The notes: generated by a model from the letters alone, not told the origin. A stretch of DNA of 64,000 nucleotides from Escherichia coli (GCF_003334255.1 NZ_QOWU01000013.1); one strand, 5' to 3'; positions 45,117 to 56,644 are shown, numbered from the stretch's first letter. Made by a program: numbers and translations.

Positions 45117-45722
45117 TTACTTAGTTTTCAGATCATTTTTAACGCTTTTCACACCATCTACCGCTTTGGCGATACTTTCAGCACGGTCACTTTGTGCCTG
45201 AGAATCGACGGTACCGGAGAGCTGAACCACGCCGTCGGTGGTTTCAACTTTCACATGACGGGAAGGGACGATATCGTCCGCCAGCAGTTTGGCTTTGATT
45301 TCACTGGTGGTGGCGGTGTCACCCGCGTAGCCCTTCACCGAGCCTTCTTTAGCGTCGCGAACGTGCAGTTTGTCGCTGACAGAGGTCACCCCTTCAACGC
45401 CTTTCGCCACTTTCACTGCCTCTTCGGCCTGGGCCTGGCTTTCAACGAAACCGCTCAGGGTCACGACTTTTTGATCGGTTTTTACAGAGATATCGGTGCT
45501 CTTGATGTTGTCATGATCCACCAGGGCCGCCTTCACTTTCGCGGTGATGGCGCTGTCATCCATGAAATTACCGACTTTATTCATAGAGCTATCGACTTTT
45601 TGCCCTGCGCTTTCATTGGTAGTCTGCGCGTTGTTTTCCGCGTAGGCAGAGCCGGTCGCGACGGCAGAGGTCAACATTACAGCCAGCAGAGTTTTCGAAA
45701 TCTTCAGTCTTGTCATAGTCAT
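45117..45722 (-). CDS. osmY: Osmotically inducible periplasmic protein OsmY, 201 aa
   Basis: Signal peptide ([28 protein letters not shown]) plus two BON domains; ATG 45720-45722. Confidence 0.92.
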
Positions 45723-46114
45723 CGATTTATTCCTGTATGTTTGCTCGTAATTTGAGCCTGGCAACACGAGGTTGCATTGCTGAATAGGGAGAGACTTCAC
45801 CCTCTACAGAAGTCAATGGTCGCCATCACAAAAGCGATGAGTGATGAATAACGACCATTACAGCCTCTGAATCAGTTATTAATATCGGTAGAATGACAAT
45901 CGACGGCTTTAGATACTGATATCTACGCATTGAACGGTATTTAACGCCGTCAGAAATGTCATCACTTTGTTAAATATAGATCACAATTTTGAAACCGCTC
46001 GGGATATCAGCGAAAACATAAGCAAAAGTGAATGTTTTAAGAACATTCCGTAAGCGGCTAATAAGGAAGGGAAATTGACAGGGCGCAGCGGCTACCGCGC
46101 CCTGGAGGCAAGAA

Positions 46115-47704
46115 TTAATGCTCGCGGGTCTGGTGGAACTGAACGTCCGGATAACGTTCCTGTGCCAGGCGCAGGTTGACCATGCTGGTAGCGATGTAAG
46201 CGAGGTTATCGCCGCCATCAAGCGCCAGTTGGCTTTCGTTCTTACGCTTGAACTCTTCGAATTTCTTCGCGTCTGCACATTCTACCCAGCGGGCAGTGGC
46301 AACGTTGACTGACTCATACACTGCTTCAACGTTGTATTCGCTCTTCAGGCGCGCTACCACCACATCAAACTGCAGCACACCAACTGCACCAACGATCAGA
46401 TCGTTGTTGGAGATTGGACGGAACACCTGCACCGCGCCCTCTTCGGAAAGCTGTACCAGCCCTTTGAGCAGCTGTTTTTGCTTCAGCGGATCTTTCAGGC
46501 GGATACGACGGAACAGTTCTGGTGCGAAGTTCGGAATACCGGTGAACTTCATCATCTCACCCTGGGTAAAGGTGTCGCCGATCTGAATGGTGCCGTGGTT
46601 GTGCAGGCCGAGGATATCGCCCGGATACGCTTCTTCAACGTGCGAACGGTCACCCGCCATAAAGGTCAGCGCGTCGGAGATCACCACATCTTTCGCAGTG
46701 CGCACCTGGCGCAGTTTCATGCCTTTTTCATATTTACCGGACACCACACGCATAAACGCCACGCGGTCGCGGTGTTTCGGGTCCATGTTGGCCTGAATTT
46801 TAAATACGAAGCCGGTAAATTTATCTTCGCTCGCTTCTACGGTACGGGTATCAGTCTGACGCGGCATCGGCGCAGGTGCCCACTCCACCAGGCCATCCAA
46901 CATATGATCGACGCCGAAGTTACCCAGCGCAGTACCGAAGAATACCGGAGTGATTTCGCCCGCAAGGAACAGCTCTTTGTCGAACTCGTTAGACGCGCCT
47001 TTCACCAGTTCCAGTTCGTCACGCAGCTGCTGTGCCAGATCTTCACCAACCGCAGCATCGAGATCCGGGTTATTCAGCCCTTTAACAATGCGGACTTCCT
47101 GAATGGTGTGGCCTTTACCGCTCTGATAGAGATAGGTTTCGTCTTTATAAAGGTGGTAAACGCCTTTAAACAGCTTGCCGCAGCCAATCGGCCAGGTGAT
47201 CGGCGCACAGCCGATTTTCAGCTCGTTCTCAACTTCATCGAGCAGCTCCATCGGGTCGCGGATATCACGGTCAAGTTTGTTCATAAAGGTGAGGATCGGC
47301 GTGTCGCGCAGACGGGTAACTTCCATCAGCTTACGGGTACGATCTTCAACACCTTTTGCGGCGTCGATAACCATCAGGCAGCAGTCCACCGCCGTCAGGG
47401 TACGATAGGTATCTTCCGAGAAGTCTTCGTGCCCCGGGGTGTCGAGCAGGTTAACCAGGCAATCGTGATACGGAAACTGCATCACAGACGTAGTAATGGA
47501 GATCCCACGCTGCTTTTCCATCTCCATCCAGTCCGACTTAGCGTGCTGGTTGGAACCACGGCCTTTTACTGTACCGGCGGTCTGAATGGCCTGTCCGAAC
47601 AGCAGCACCTTCTCGGTGATGGTAGTCTTACCGGCGTCCGGGTGAGAAATAATGGCAAAAGTGCGGCGCTTCGCCACCTCTTGCAAATAAGGAGACAACG
47701 TCAT
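46115..47704 (-). CDS. prfC: Peptide chain release factor RF3, 529 aa
   Basis: GTPase G1 motif [20 protein letters not shown]; start at [10 protein letters not shown] (ATG 47702-47704). Confidence 0.95.
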
Positions 47705-47794
47705 AATTCTTTCTTCTTGAGTAAGCGGCATCGCGCCGCGCTTGTTGAAAACGAAAAATTGCGGCTATTTTACCCATCAACGGGGGGGAGGCAA

Positions 47795-48472
47795 TCAGTG
47801 TTTACACAGGAGCTGCTCCAGTTCGTGCAACGAAGAAACGGTCCAGGTGGGCGCGATGCCTTCTGGTTGCTCGCGATGGTGTGCATTCAGCCAGCAGGTC
47901 GCAAGCCCGGCGTTGATGCCACCGAGAATATCGGACTCGGCAGTGTCGCCAACCATCAGCACGCGTGAACGGTCAGGATTGCCCGCCTGTTCCAGCGCAT
48001 AATCGAAAATTTTCTTATTCGGTTTGGCAACGCCAACTTCTTCGGAAATCACCAGCAAATCGAAGTAATCACGCAGGCCCGTGCGTTCCAGACGTACCTG
48101 TTGCAAGGCACTAAAGCCGTTGGTGATGATGCCGATTTTGGCGTTGCCACGAATGGCGTTAAGCAGAGAAACCGCGCCCGGCAGCGGCGTGCAGATTTCC
48201 GCCATCGCATTAATAAAGGCTTCGTTGAGTTTACCTGGCTCGACGTTCAGCCGTTCGGCCCAGCTCTCAAACCGCCCGTGCTGAAGCTGTAATGAAGTGA
48301 TCGCGCCGTTTTGATAATCCACCCACAGTGGCTTGTTAACGGCCTGATAGTCCTGAAAATCTTCAGCGGTAAAGGTGACGCTGTAATCAAGAAACATCCG
48401 CTGCAGGCCGGTGAATGAGTCAAAGGTAAACAGCGTTTCATCGGCATCAAAGAAAATCCAGTCCCACTTCAT
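47795..48472 (-). CDS. yjjG: HAD-superfamily pyrimidine 5'-nucleotidase YjjG, 225 aa
   Basis: HAD motif [10 protein letters not shown] near the N-terminus. Confidence 0.88.
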
Positions 48473-48486
48473 TATTCCACCTTGTA

Positions 48487-48933
48487 TTACATACTGATTG
48501 GCAACGCCATGATGATGGCGTCTTCGCGACCGTCCGTGGTGGGGTAGTAATTGCGGCGAATCGTCGCCTCGTTAAAGCCTAAACTTTCGTACAGGGCAAT
48601 GGCGGCAGCGTTTGAAGCACGGACTTCCAGCCATAGTGTCGCCACGCCGCGTTTTTCCAGTTCGTCGATCAGATGTTCCAGCAGCGCCCTTCCCAATCCC
48701 TGACGCTGATAGTCAGGATCGACCGCAATATTGAACAATGTAGCTTCATCCAGCACCACTTGCGTAATCGCAAACGCCGCCATTTTGCCGTTTTGCGTTA
48801 ACTGAAAGTTGAGATAACGCTCGCCCTGGTTGCTGGCAAACGTTTTTTCACTCCACGGAAAGGCGTGGGCGCGTTGTTCAATGTGGTAAGCCGCCGGTAA
48901 ATCAGTCGTTTCGAGGGAAGAAATCGTGTTCAT
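48487..48933 (-). CDS. rimI: Ribosomal-protein S18 alanine N-acetyltransferase RimI, 148 aa
   Basis: GNAT fold motif ([17 protein letters not shown]); 5' end overlaps the holD 3' end. Confidence 0.9.
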
Positions 48934-49315
48934 ATGTGCAAATTTGTTGCCATAACGCGGCGCGTGCCGTTGGGTTTGCCCGTAAATCGGTGAGCGCCGG
49001 TGATGCCACCTGAGCGCCTTCCAGTGATAGCGGTTCGTCAGTACCCAACCGCCAACTGTTGCAGTGACTGCCTTGCGGCAGCATCGCGATTTTTTCTGGC
49101 GTCAGTTGCAGCACCTGGTCGGGGCTGACGGTTAATGCGCGCAGAACATCGCTCACTAAAGGATCAGTCAGGGCGGGAAGATCGTTTGCCACCATCACCA
49201 GACGGACGTGTGCCGGGATCGCAATGGCAATCTCCCCCTGCAACGCGCCAGGGCGACGCAGCGACCACTGGGTAATGCCCAGTTGCTGTAACTGCCAGTC
49301 TCGTCGGGATGTCAT
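48902..49315 (-). CDS. holD: DNA polymerase III psi subunit HolD, 137 aa
   Basis: MTSRRDWQLQQLGITQWSLRRPGALQGE...; overlaps rimI by 32 bp (translational coupling). Confidence 0.9.
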   Translation of the reverse strand: MTSRRDWQLQQLGITQWSLRRPGALQGEIAIAIPAHVRLVMVANDLPALTDPLVSDVLRALTVSPDQVLQLTPEKIAMLPQGSHCNSWRLGTDEPLSLEGAQVASPALTDLRANPTARAALWQQICTYEHDFFPRND

Positions 49316-49417
49316 AGCGAATCGCTCCTGTTGTCAGGGGCGCAAATATAGCAAATTCGTCGATACCGCGCCAACATATGGCTATAATCGCCGCCAGTAT
49401 CAATTGAGGAGCATTCC

Positions 49418-50449
49418 ATGTCTGCATTTACCCCGGCAAGTGAAGTCTTGCTGCGTCACAGTGATGATTTCGAACAAAGCCGTATTCTGTTTGCCGGAGA
49501 CTTACAGGATGACCTGCCCGCGCGTTTAGATACCGCGGCCAGCCGTGCTCATACCCAGCAATTCCACCACTGGCAGGTATTAAGCCGCCAGATGGGGGAT
49601 AACGCCCGTTTCAGTCTGGTCGCCACGGCGGATGACGTCGCAGATTGCGATACGCTGATTTACTACTGGCCGAAGAACAAACCGGAAGCCCAGTTCCAGT
49701 TGATGAATTTACTTTCTCTGCTGCCAGTGGGGACAGATATTTTTGTCGTTGGCGAGAACCGCAGCGGCGTGCGCAGCGCCGAGCAGATGCTGGCAGATTA
49801 TGCGCCGTTGAATAAAGTCGACAGCGCTCGTCGCTGTGGCCTCTATTTTGGTCGTCTGGAAAAACAGCCGGTATTTGATGCGGAGAAATTCTGGGGCGAA
49901 TACAGCGTCGATGGCCTGACGGTCAAAACGCTGCCTGGCGTGTTTAGCCGCGACGGTCTGGATGTCGGTAGCCAGTTGCTGCTCTCGACGTTAACTCCGC
50001 ACACGAAAGGTAAAGTGCTGGATGTCGGCTGTGGCGCGGGCGTGCTTTCAGTTGCCTTTGCGCGCCATTCGCCGAAAATTCGTCTCACCTTGTGCGATGT
50101 CTCTGCCCCGGCGGTAGAAGCCAGCCGCGCAACACTTGCGGCCAACGGTGTTGAAGGTGAAGTCTTTGCCAGCAACGTCTTTTCCGAGGTGAAAGGTCGT
50201 TTTGATATGATCATCTCCAACCCGCCGTTCCACGATGGGATGCAAACCAGCCTGGATGCGGCGCAAACGCTGATTCGCGGTGCGGTGCGTCATCTTAATA
50301 GCGGCGGCGAGCTGCGAATTGTAGCGAACGCCTTCCTGCCTTATCCGGACGTGCTGGATGAGACATTTGGCTTCCACGAAGTGATCGCGCAAACAGGGCG
50401 CTTCAAGGTGTATCGCGCCATTATGACCCGCCAGGCGAAGAAAGGTTAA
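49418..50449 (+). CDS. rsmC: 16S rRNA (guanine1207-N2)-methyltransferase RsmC, 343 aa
   Basis: SAM-binding motif [11 protein letters not shown] and NPPFH catalytic motif. Confidence 0.92.
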   Translation: MSAFTPASEVLLRHSDDFEQSRILFAGDLQDDLPARLDTAASRAHTQQFHHWQVLSRQMGDNARFSLVATADDVADCDTLIYYWPKNKPEAQFQLMNLLSLLPVGTDIFVVGENRSGVRSAEQMLADYAPLNKVDSARRCGLYFGRLEKQPVFDAEKFWGEYSVDGLTVKTLPGVFSRDGLDVGSQLLLSTLTPHTKGKVLDVGCGAGVLSVAFARHSPKIRLTLCDVSAPAVEASRATLAANGVEGEVFASNVFSEVKGRFDMIISNPPFHDGMQTSLDAAQTLIRGAVRHLNSGGELRIVANAFLPYPDVLDETFGFHEVIAQTGRFKVYRAIMTRQAKKG

Positions 50450-50467
50450 TTATCTCGCCGAATACCG

Positions 50468-50560
<93 letters not shown>

Positions 50561-50647
50561 ATCTGCCCCCGCATGCATACCAAACCTGCACGCTAGTTTC
50601 CTGATGGACATTTTTCCAGCAATTACACCTCTGTCGATAATTAACTA

Positions 50648-50675
50648 TTGACGAAAAGCTGAAAACCACTAGAAT
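50648..50675 (+). promoter_or_regulatory. tRNA-Leu promoter (stringent type)
   Basis: -35 TTGACG (50648-50653), 16-bp spacer, -10 TAGAAT (50670-50675), then GC-rich discriminator GCGCCTCC, typical of stable-RNA promoters. Confidence 0.65.
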
Positions 50676-50716
50676 GCGCCTCCGTGGTAGCAATTCTTTT
50701 TAAGAATTGATGGTAT

Positions 50717-50803
50717 GCGAAGGTGGCGGAATTGGTAGACGCGCTAGCTTCAGGTGTTAGTGTCCTTACGGACGTGGGGGTTCAAGTCCCCCCCCTCGCA
50801 CCA
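50717..50803 (+). tRNA. leuQ/P/V: tRNA-Leu (anticodon CAG), 87 nt, single copy
   Basis: GCGAAGGTGGCGGAATTGGTAGACGCGCTAGCTTCAGGTGTTAGTGTCCTTACGGACGTGGGGGTTCAAGTCCCCCCCCTCGCACCA: cloverleaf with long variable arm, anticodon loop TTCAGGT, encoded CCA end. Confidence 0.96.
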
Positions 50804-50841
50804 ATTATCTTTACTTCCTTTCTTGTTTCTTCCTTGATTTT

Positions 50842-51078
50842 TCATCCCTGATTCAAATTCATTATCATCAGCATGATGCCAGCAATAAGTGCCAGGCACG
50901 ATGGTAGCAAAATGTAATGCCGCAACTGTTTGTGATACAGCATCATCGGCGTCAATACTAATCCCATCAGAATGACAATCCGCCACTGATCTGACGATAA
51001 ATCCGCATACATCAGCCCTGCAATCAGCAATCCCGGCAGCAACACTCCCCAGCCACTGCCCAGCGTACGTTGCAACAT
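50842..51078 (-). CDS. yjjZ: Small membrane protein YjjZ, 78 aa
   Basis: MLQRTLGSGWGVLLPGLLIAGLMYADL... hydrophobic small protein; the ORF-track product (115 aa) starts 37 codons upstream of the K-12 annotated start. Confidence 0.6.
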   Translation of the reverse strand: MLQRTLGSGWGVLLPGLLIAGLMYADLSSDQWRIVILMGLVLTPMMLYHKQLRHYILLPSCLALIAGIMLMIMNLNQG

Positions 51079-51096
51079 GATTTCATCTCTTTCATT

Positions 51097-51203
51097 GATA
51101 ATGATAACCAATATCATATGATAATTTTTATCATTTGCAAGCCAGATAAATCCCTTGCTATCGGGTAAACCTATCGCTAGGATTAGCAATCATTATCATT
51201 TAG
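51097..51203 (+). promoter_or_regulatory. Fur boxes in the fhuF promoter
   Basis: GATAATGATAACCAATATCATATGATAATTTTTATCATT (51097-51135) and GCAATCATTATCATTTAG (51186-51203) match the Fur consensus GATAATGATAATCATTATC. Confidence 0.7.
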
Positions 51204-51218
51204 ATTACTATCCCGATT

Positions 51219-52007
51219 ATGGCCTATCGTTCCGCACCGCTCTATGAAGATGTCATCTGGCGAACGCATCTCCAGCCGCAGGATCCCACGCTTGCGCAAG
51301 CCGTGCGGGCGACGATCGCAAAACATCGTGAACATTTGCTGGAGTTTATCCGCCTGGATGAACCTGCCCCACTTAACGCCATGACGCTGGCGCAATGGTC
51401 ATCACCGAATGTGCTAAGTTCTCTGCTGGCGGTCTATTCCGATCATATCTATCGCAACCAACCGATGATGATCCGCGAGAACAAACCGCTGATCTCACTA
51501 TGGGCACAATGGTATATCGGCCTGATGGTGCCACCATTAATGCTGGCGCTACTGACGCAGGAAAAGGCATTAGATGTGTCGCCGGAACATTTCCATGCTG
51601 AGTTTCACGAAACCGGACGCGTCGCCTGTTTCTGGGTCGATGTGTGTGAAGATAAAAACGCAACACCACATTCGCCGCAGCATCGAATGGAAACGTTAAT
51701 CAGCCAGGCGCTGGTTCCGGTTGTGCAAGCACTAGAAGCGACCGGAGAGATCAACGGCAAACTTATCTGGAGTAATACCGGTTATTTGATCAACTGGTAT
51801 CTCACTGAGATGAAGCAACTGCTCGGCGAGGCTACTGTTGAATCGCTGCGCCATGCCCTCTTTTTTGAGAAAACGCTCACGAACGGTGAAGATAATCCAC
51901 TCTGGCGTACCGTGGTACTGCGCGACGGCCTGCTGGTGCGCCGCACTTGCTGCCAGCGTTATCGCTTACCGGATGTGCAGCAATGTGGCGATTGTACGCT
52001 GAAATGA
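51219..52007 (+). CDS. fhuF: Ferric-siderophore reductase FhuF, 262 aa
   Basis: C-terminal C-C-x10-C-x2-C cluster (RRTCCQRYRLPDVQQCGDCTLK) typical of the FhuF 2Fe-2S site. Confidence 0.93.
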   Translation: MAYRSAPLYEDVIWRTHLQPQDPTLAQAVRATIAKHREHLLEFIRLDEPAPLNAMTLAQWSSPNVLSSLLAVYSDHIYRNQPMMIRENKPLISLWAQWYIGLMVPPLMLALLTQEKALDVSPEHFHAEFHETGRVACFWVDVCEDKNATPHSPQHRMETLISQALVPVVQALEATGEINGKLIWSNTGYLINWYLTEMKQLLGEATVESLRHALFFEKTLTNGEDNPLWRTVVLRDGLLVRRTCCQRYRLPDVQQCGDCTLK

Positions 52008-52044
52008 AAGCACTGCCGGGGAAGTAAACCCGGCATCATGCGGA

Positions 52045-52722
52045 TTAATAGGGATGCAACACATTACTTGTTTCGCAATGCCGCATACATAACAGAATAT
52101 CTGCGGCCTCCAACAACCCTGCGTCAGAACTGACGCCCAGTTTCGACATCACATTAAATTTATGTGCACGGATCGTTTTGATATTGCGTTTAAGCTGCTC
52201 GGCAATTTGTGTCATTGAGTAGCCACGCGACATAAAGCGCAATATTTCTCTCTCCGTCGGGCTTAACGTCCGGCTTTGGTTAATGTACCACTGATTGTTC
52301 AGTCGGTCGGTCGCCTGACGTACACCATTTAATGACAAAAAGAGTTCCTGATGAAAAATCTCCAGCGTTGACGCTTTACTTAATACACCGTCCAGCGGTG
52401 ATGGCGACAATGAACCAATCAGCCGAGCTTCAATATCATCATCCGCAATAACTAAACGCCGGGTACGCGGAAACTTAATCGCCAGTTCAGTCAGGCAAGA
52501 TAATCCCTCTCTGCGCTCACTTCTCATGGCAGAAAAAGAAAAAATGACCGCCGCAAACGAGATCCGCGACATGGCATCCTGAAATGACTCCTGACTGGTA
52601 TAGGTATGGAGCTTATAAGGGTTACCCGCAAACTTTCTGAATAAACTCTCAATACCGATACTACTCATGACGCATTTTTCTATGAGTGCGACATTTCTCT
52701 TCTTAATTCGGCTGTGTTCCAT
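52045..52722 (-). CDS. bglJ: LuxR-type transcriptional activator BglJ, 225 aa
   Basis: C-terminal LuxR/FixJ HTH ([36 protein letters not shown]). Confidence 0.88.
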
Positions 52723-53405
52723 TCTGCGGCATCTCCATAAACAGAAGGCAAGTTAAGTTCTCTTGCACCCTGCGCGCTATTTATCCATGCATACATTTCA
52801 GCGTTGCTGTGAATTGCCAGTCGACGCATCGCACTGTTTTTTTGGGCGCTGATAGTTTTATTACTTTTCTTAAGCAATGAAGCTATCTGGTTGATGCCCC
52901 ATCCTTTACCTAATAGCCGCAGTACCTTGCGCTCTGAAAGAGTGAGAATGACGGAGCGATAGCTAAAATCATGAGTTTCAGTCATTGCCGGGGAGGTCAG
53001 CATGGCGCTGATACGCTCTGCGTGCGTATTGCCGGAACGTACGGTCTTGACCAGATTCTCAATGGGTTCAACATCAGACAATAACGTCGCCGTAGGGCAC
53101 ATGAGCAGTTCTACTGCCTGGGAATACCAGGAGCGTGACACCATGAAAACCCAGTGAATTTCCCGATATTGTGAGATTAAAGAATAATAATGTTCACAAA
53201 CAGAACGTGGATCTTCACTTTCACCGGCTAAATCAGCAATGACTAATCCGGAACGACGTAATTGTAATAAGGTAAGGTCCTCCGCAGAGGCGCTGGATAT
53301 TATTTCATATTCAGGGAAGTGAGTCCTCATGACCTCTTTTAACCCTGCTTGCATAACAGGTATTTTACTGATAACAATTCCATTTTTGCAGCATCCTGGC
53401 AACAT
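52680..53405 (-). CDS. yjjQ: LuxR-type regulator YjjQ, 241 aa
   Basis: C-terminal LuxR HTH ([34 protein letters not shown]); overlaps the bglJ start (yjjQ-bglJ operon). Confidence 0.85.
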
Positions 53406-54023
53406 ATTTCCTCCACATCCACTGTCTAAAAATTATGATGGTTTATTCAGGATATTCATTCCTTAAATGTTTCCAGCAAATTAATAGATTAAGCGAATAA
53501 ATTATCCTTAGCATTCACTTTCATATCAGCATACTCCTGCTGCACAACAACTCCACTGCATGTGTCAGAAGGTTAGCATCAAATGATAACCTGGTGAAAT
53601 AGCCTGGAGACATTTAAAATATCTACATTAAGTTGTTAGGAATACTTAATGAAAAACAGAAATCACATTCATTTAATTTATAATTAAATGATATCCCTTC
53701 CCGCAGAATGCAAAATCACACAACCAATATTTATTCAATGAAATCTGATGGTTTTAGCTTGTTAACATTAAAAAACGTGCCCGGTTATCTATTATCCTGA
53801 TTCGTAAAGGCCAAACAATAAATTCATTATGATGATAATATTCATGTGATAGTTTGTTTGCGGCGAGAGATAATTCGCTTTTTATCACCGAGCTTCTCCC
53901 GATAACCAGGATTAATCAGCGCAATTTTGATCTTAACCTACCGCAAAACAACCGTGCTTCATGATACAAATGGATTCTCATTATCTGAACAATACGCAGC
54001 ACGTCTATGACAAAGGGCGAGTT

Positions 54024-54794
54024 ATGCAAACTGAGCAACAGCGAGCCGTAACACGGCTTTGTATCCAGTGTGGATTATTTCTTTTGCAACATGGTGCGGA
54101 AAGCGCGTTGGTTGATGAGCTTTCCTCACGACTGGGTCGGGCACTGGGAATGGACAGCGTCGAAAGTTCTATCTCTTCGAACGCCATAGTGCTGACAACT
54201 ATTAAAGATGGGCAATGCCTGACATCGACACGTAAAAATCACGATCGCGGCATTAATATGCATGTGGTGACTGAAGTCCAGCACATTGTGATTCTTGCGG
54301 AGCATCATCTGCTGGATTACAAAGGCGTAGAGAAACGATTTAGCCAAATTCAGCCATTACGTTACCCAAGATGGCTGGTAGCCTTAATGGTTGGCCTTTC
54401 TTGCGCCTGTTTCTGTAAACTCAATAACGGTGGCTGGGATGGTGCCGTCATCACCTTCTTTGCCAGTACGACCGCGATGTATATCCGCCAGCTGCTGGCA
54501 CAACGTCATCTTCATCCACAGATCAACTTTTGCCTTACCGCTTTCGCCGCCACCACCATTTCCGGATTGCTTTTGCAACTCCCCACTTTCAGCAATACCC
54601 CCACCATTGCGATGGCCGCCAGCGTTCTGCTGCTAGTGCCGGGCTTTCCGTTGATTAATGCCGTCGCCGATATGTTTAAAGGCCACATCAATACCGGACT
54701 GGCACGCTGGGCGATCGCCAGTCTGCTGACACTGGCTACCTGCGTCGGCGTAGTGATGGCACTGACGATTTGGGGGCTACGCGGATGGGTGTGA
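54024..54794 (+). CDS. yjjP: ThrE-family inner membrane protein YjjP, 256 aa
   Basis: Start taken at [12 protein letters not shown] (ATG 54024); the ORF-track start is 21 codons upstream. Confidence 0.8.
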
Positions 54795-55258
54795 TCGAAT
54801 TTCTGTTAGCGTTGGCGCAGGATATGATCCTCGCCGCCATTCCTGCGGTCGGCTTTGCGATGGTGTTCAACGTTCCCGTGCGGGCGTTACGCTGGTGTGC
54901 GCTGCTTGGCTCGATAGGTCATGGTTCCCGAATGATCTTGATGACCAGCGGGTTGAATATTGAGTGGTCAACCTTTATGGCTTCTATGCTGGTCGGTACC
55001 ATTGGTATTCAATGGTCGCGCTGGTATCTGGCGCATCCGAAAGTGTTTACCGTGGCGGCCGTTATCCCTATGTTCCCGGGCATATCGGCTTATACCGCAA
55101 TGATTTCGGCGGTAAAAATCAGCCAGTTAGGTTACAGCGAACCGTTGATGATTACCCTGTTAACCAACTTTCTTACAGCTTCATCGATTGTTGGTGCGTT
55201 ATCCATCGGTCTTTCCATTCCTGGATTATGGTTGTACCGCAAGCGCCCTCGCGTATAA
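54785..55258 (+). CDS. yjjB: Inner membrane protein YjjB (partner of YjjP), 157 aa
   Basis: Start [12 protein letters not shown] (ATG 54785) overlapping the yjjP 3' end by 10 bp; hydrophobic. Confidence 0.8.
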
Positions 55259-55364
55259 AATTGCCTCGCTTAAGCACACGGATGAGAGACAGCCTCCTCT
55301 CCTCCGTGTGTTACTATAAAAGTTATCTCCCTTCTCGTTCATCGTTCCATATTTGAGAAACAGT

Positions 55365-55904
55365 ATGTCTTCCAGAGTTTTGACCCCGGACGTCGTTGGT
55401 ATTGACGCCCTGGTACACGATCACCAAACCGTTCTGGCAAAAGCTGAAGGCGGTGTGGTTGCCGTATTTGCTAACAATGCCCCGGCGTTTTATGCCGTCA
55501 CGCCTGCACGCCTGGCTGAACTGCTGGCGCTGGAAGAAAAGCTGGCGCGTCCGGGAAGCGATGTCGCTCTGGACGATCAACTCTATCAGGAACCGCAAGC
55601 CGCTCCCGTTGCTGTACCCATGGGGAAATTCGCCATGTATCCGGACTGGCAACCCGATGCCGATTTTATCCGCCTGGCGGCGCTATGGGGCGTGGCGCTA
55701 AGAGAGCCGGTGACCACCGAAGAACTGGCCTCATTCATTGCCTACTGGCAGGCGGAAGGTAAAGTCTTTCACCATGTGCAGTGGCAACAAAAACTGGCGC
55801 GCAGCCTGCAAATCGGTCGTGCCAGCAACGGCGGACTGCCGAAACGAGATGTGAATACGGTCAGCGAACCTGACAGCCAAATTCCACCAGGATTCAGAGG
55901 GTAA
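55365..55904 (+). CDS. dnaT: Primosomal protein DnaT, 179 aa
   Basis: [30 protein letters not shown]...; ATG 55365; 2 bp gap to dnaC. Confidence 0.92.
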
Positions 55905-55906
55905 CG

Positions 55907-56644
55907 ATGAAAAACGTTGGCGACCTGATGCAACGCCTGCAAAAAATGATGCCTGCCCATATCAAACCCGCATTCAAAACGGGTGAAGAACTACTGGCCT
56001 GGCAAAAAGAACAAGGAGCGATCCGCTCCGCCGCTCTCGAACGTGAAAATCGGGCGATGAAAATGCAGCGCACCTTTAACCGCTCCGGTATTCGTCCACT
56101 GCATCAGAACTGTTCCTTTGAGAACTATCGCGTTGAGTGTGAAGGGCAGATGAATGCGTTAAGCAAAGCGCGCCAGTATGTCGAAGAGTTTGACGGCAAC
56201 ATCGCCAGCTTCATCTTTTCTGGTAAGCCAGGAACCGGCAAAAACCATCTGGCGGCGGCAATCTGCAACGAGCTGCTGCTACGCGGTAAATCCGTATTGA
56301 TCATCACCGTGGCCGATATTATGTCGGCGATGAAAGATACCTTCAGGAATAGCGGTACCAGCGAAGAACAACTGCTTAACGATCTGAGCAACGTTGATCT
56401 GCTGGTGATCGATGAGATCGGCGTGCAGACCGAATCGAAATACGAAAAAGTGATCATCAACCAGATCGTCGATCGCCGCTCTTCTTCCAAACGCCCAACC
56501 GGGATGCTGACCAACAGTAATATGGAAGAGATGACCAAGTTGCTGGGCGAACGCGTGATGGACCGTATGCGCCTGGGTAACAGTTTGTGGGTGATCTTCA
56601 ACTGGGATAGCTACCGTAGCCGGGTAACAGGTAAAGAGTATTAA
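55907..56644 (+). CDS. dnaC: Replicative helicase loader DnaC, 245 aa
   Basis: AAA+ Walker A (GKPGTGKNHLAAA) and Walker B (LLVIDEIG). Confidence 0.95.
   Translation: MKNVGDLMQRLQKMMPAHIKPAFKTGEELLAWQKEQGAIRSAALERENRAMKMQRTFNRSGIRPLHQNCSFENYRVECEGQMNALSKARQYVEEFDGNIASFIFSGKPGTGKNHLAAAICNELLLRGKSVLIITVADIMSAMKDTFRNSGTSEEQLLNDLSNVDLLVIDEIGVQTESKYEKVIINQIVDRRSSSKRPTGMLTNSNMEEMTKLLGERVMDRMRLGNSLWVIFNWDSYRSRVTGKEY

Noticed and set aside
46478-47968. 496-aa ORF on the plus strand
   Set aside because: Antisense to prfC (RF3), extending into the prfC upstream region; no recognisable motifs; a shadow ORF.
50804-50845. Additional tRNA-Leu copies downstream of the single tRNA
   Set aside because: The 38 bp between the tRNA 3' CCA and the yjjZ stop contain no second tRNA; I scanned 50450-50900 on both strands for GCGAAGGTGGCGG or its complement and found one occurrence only.
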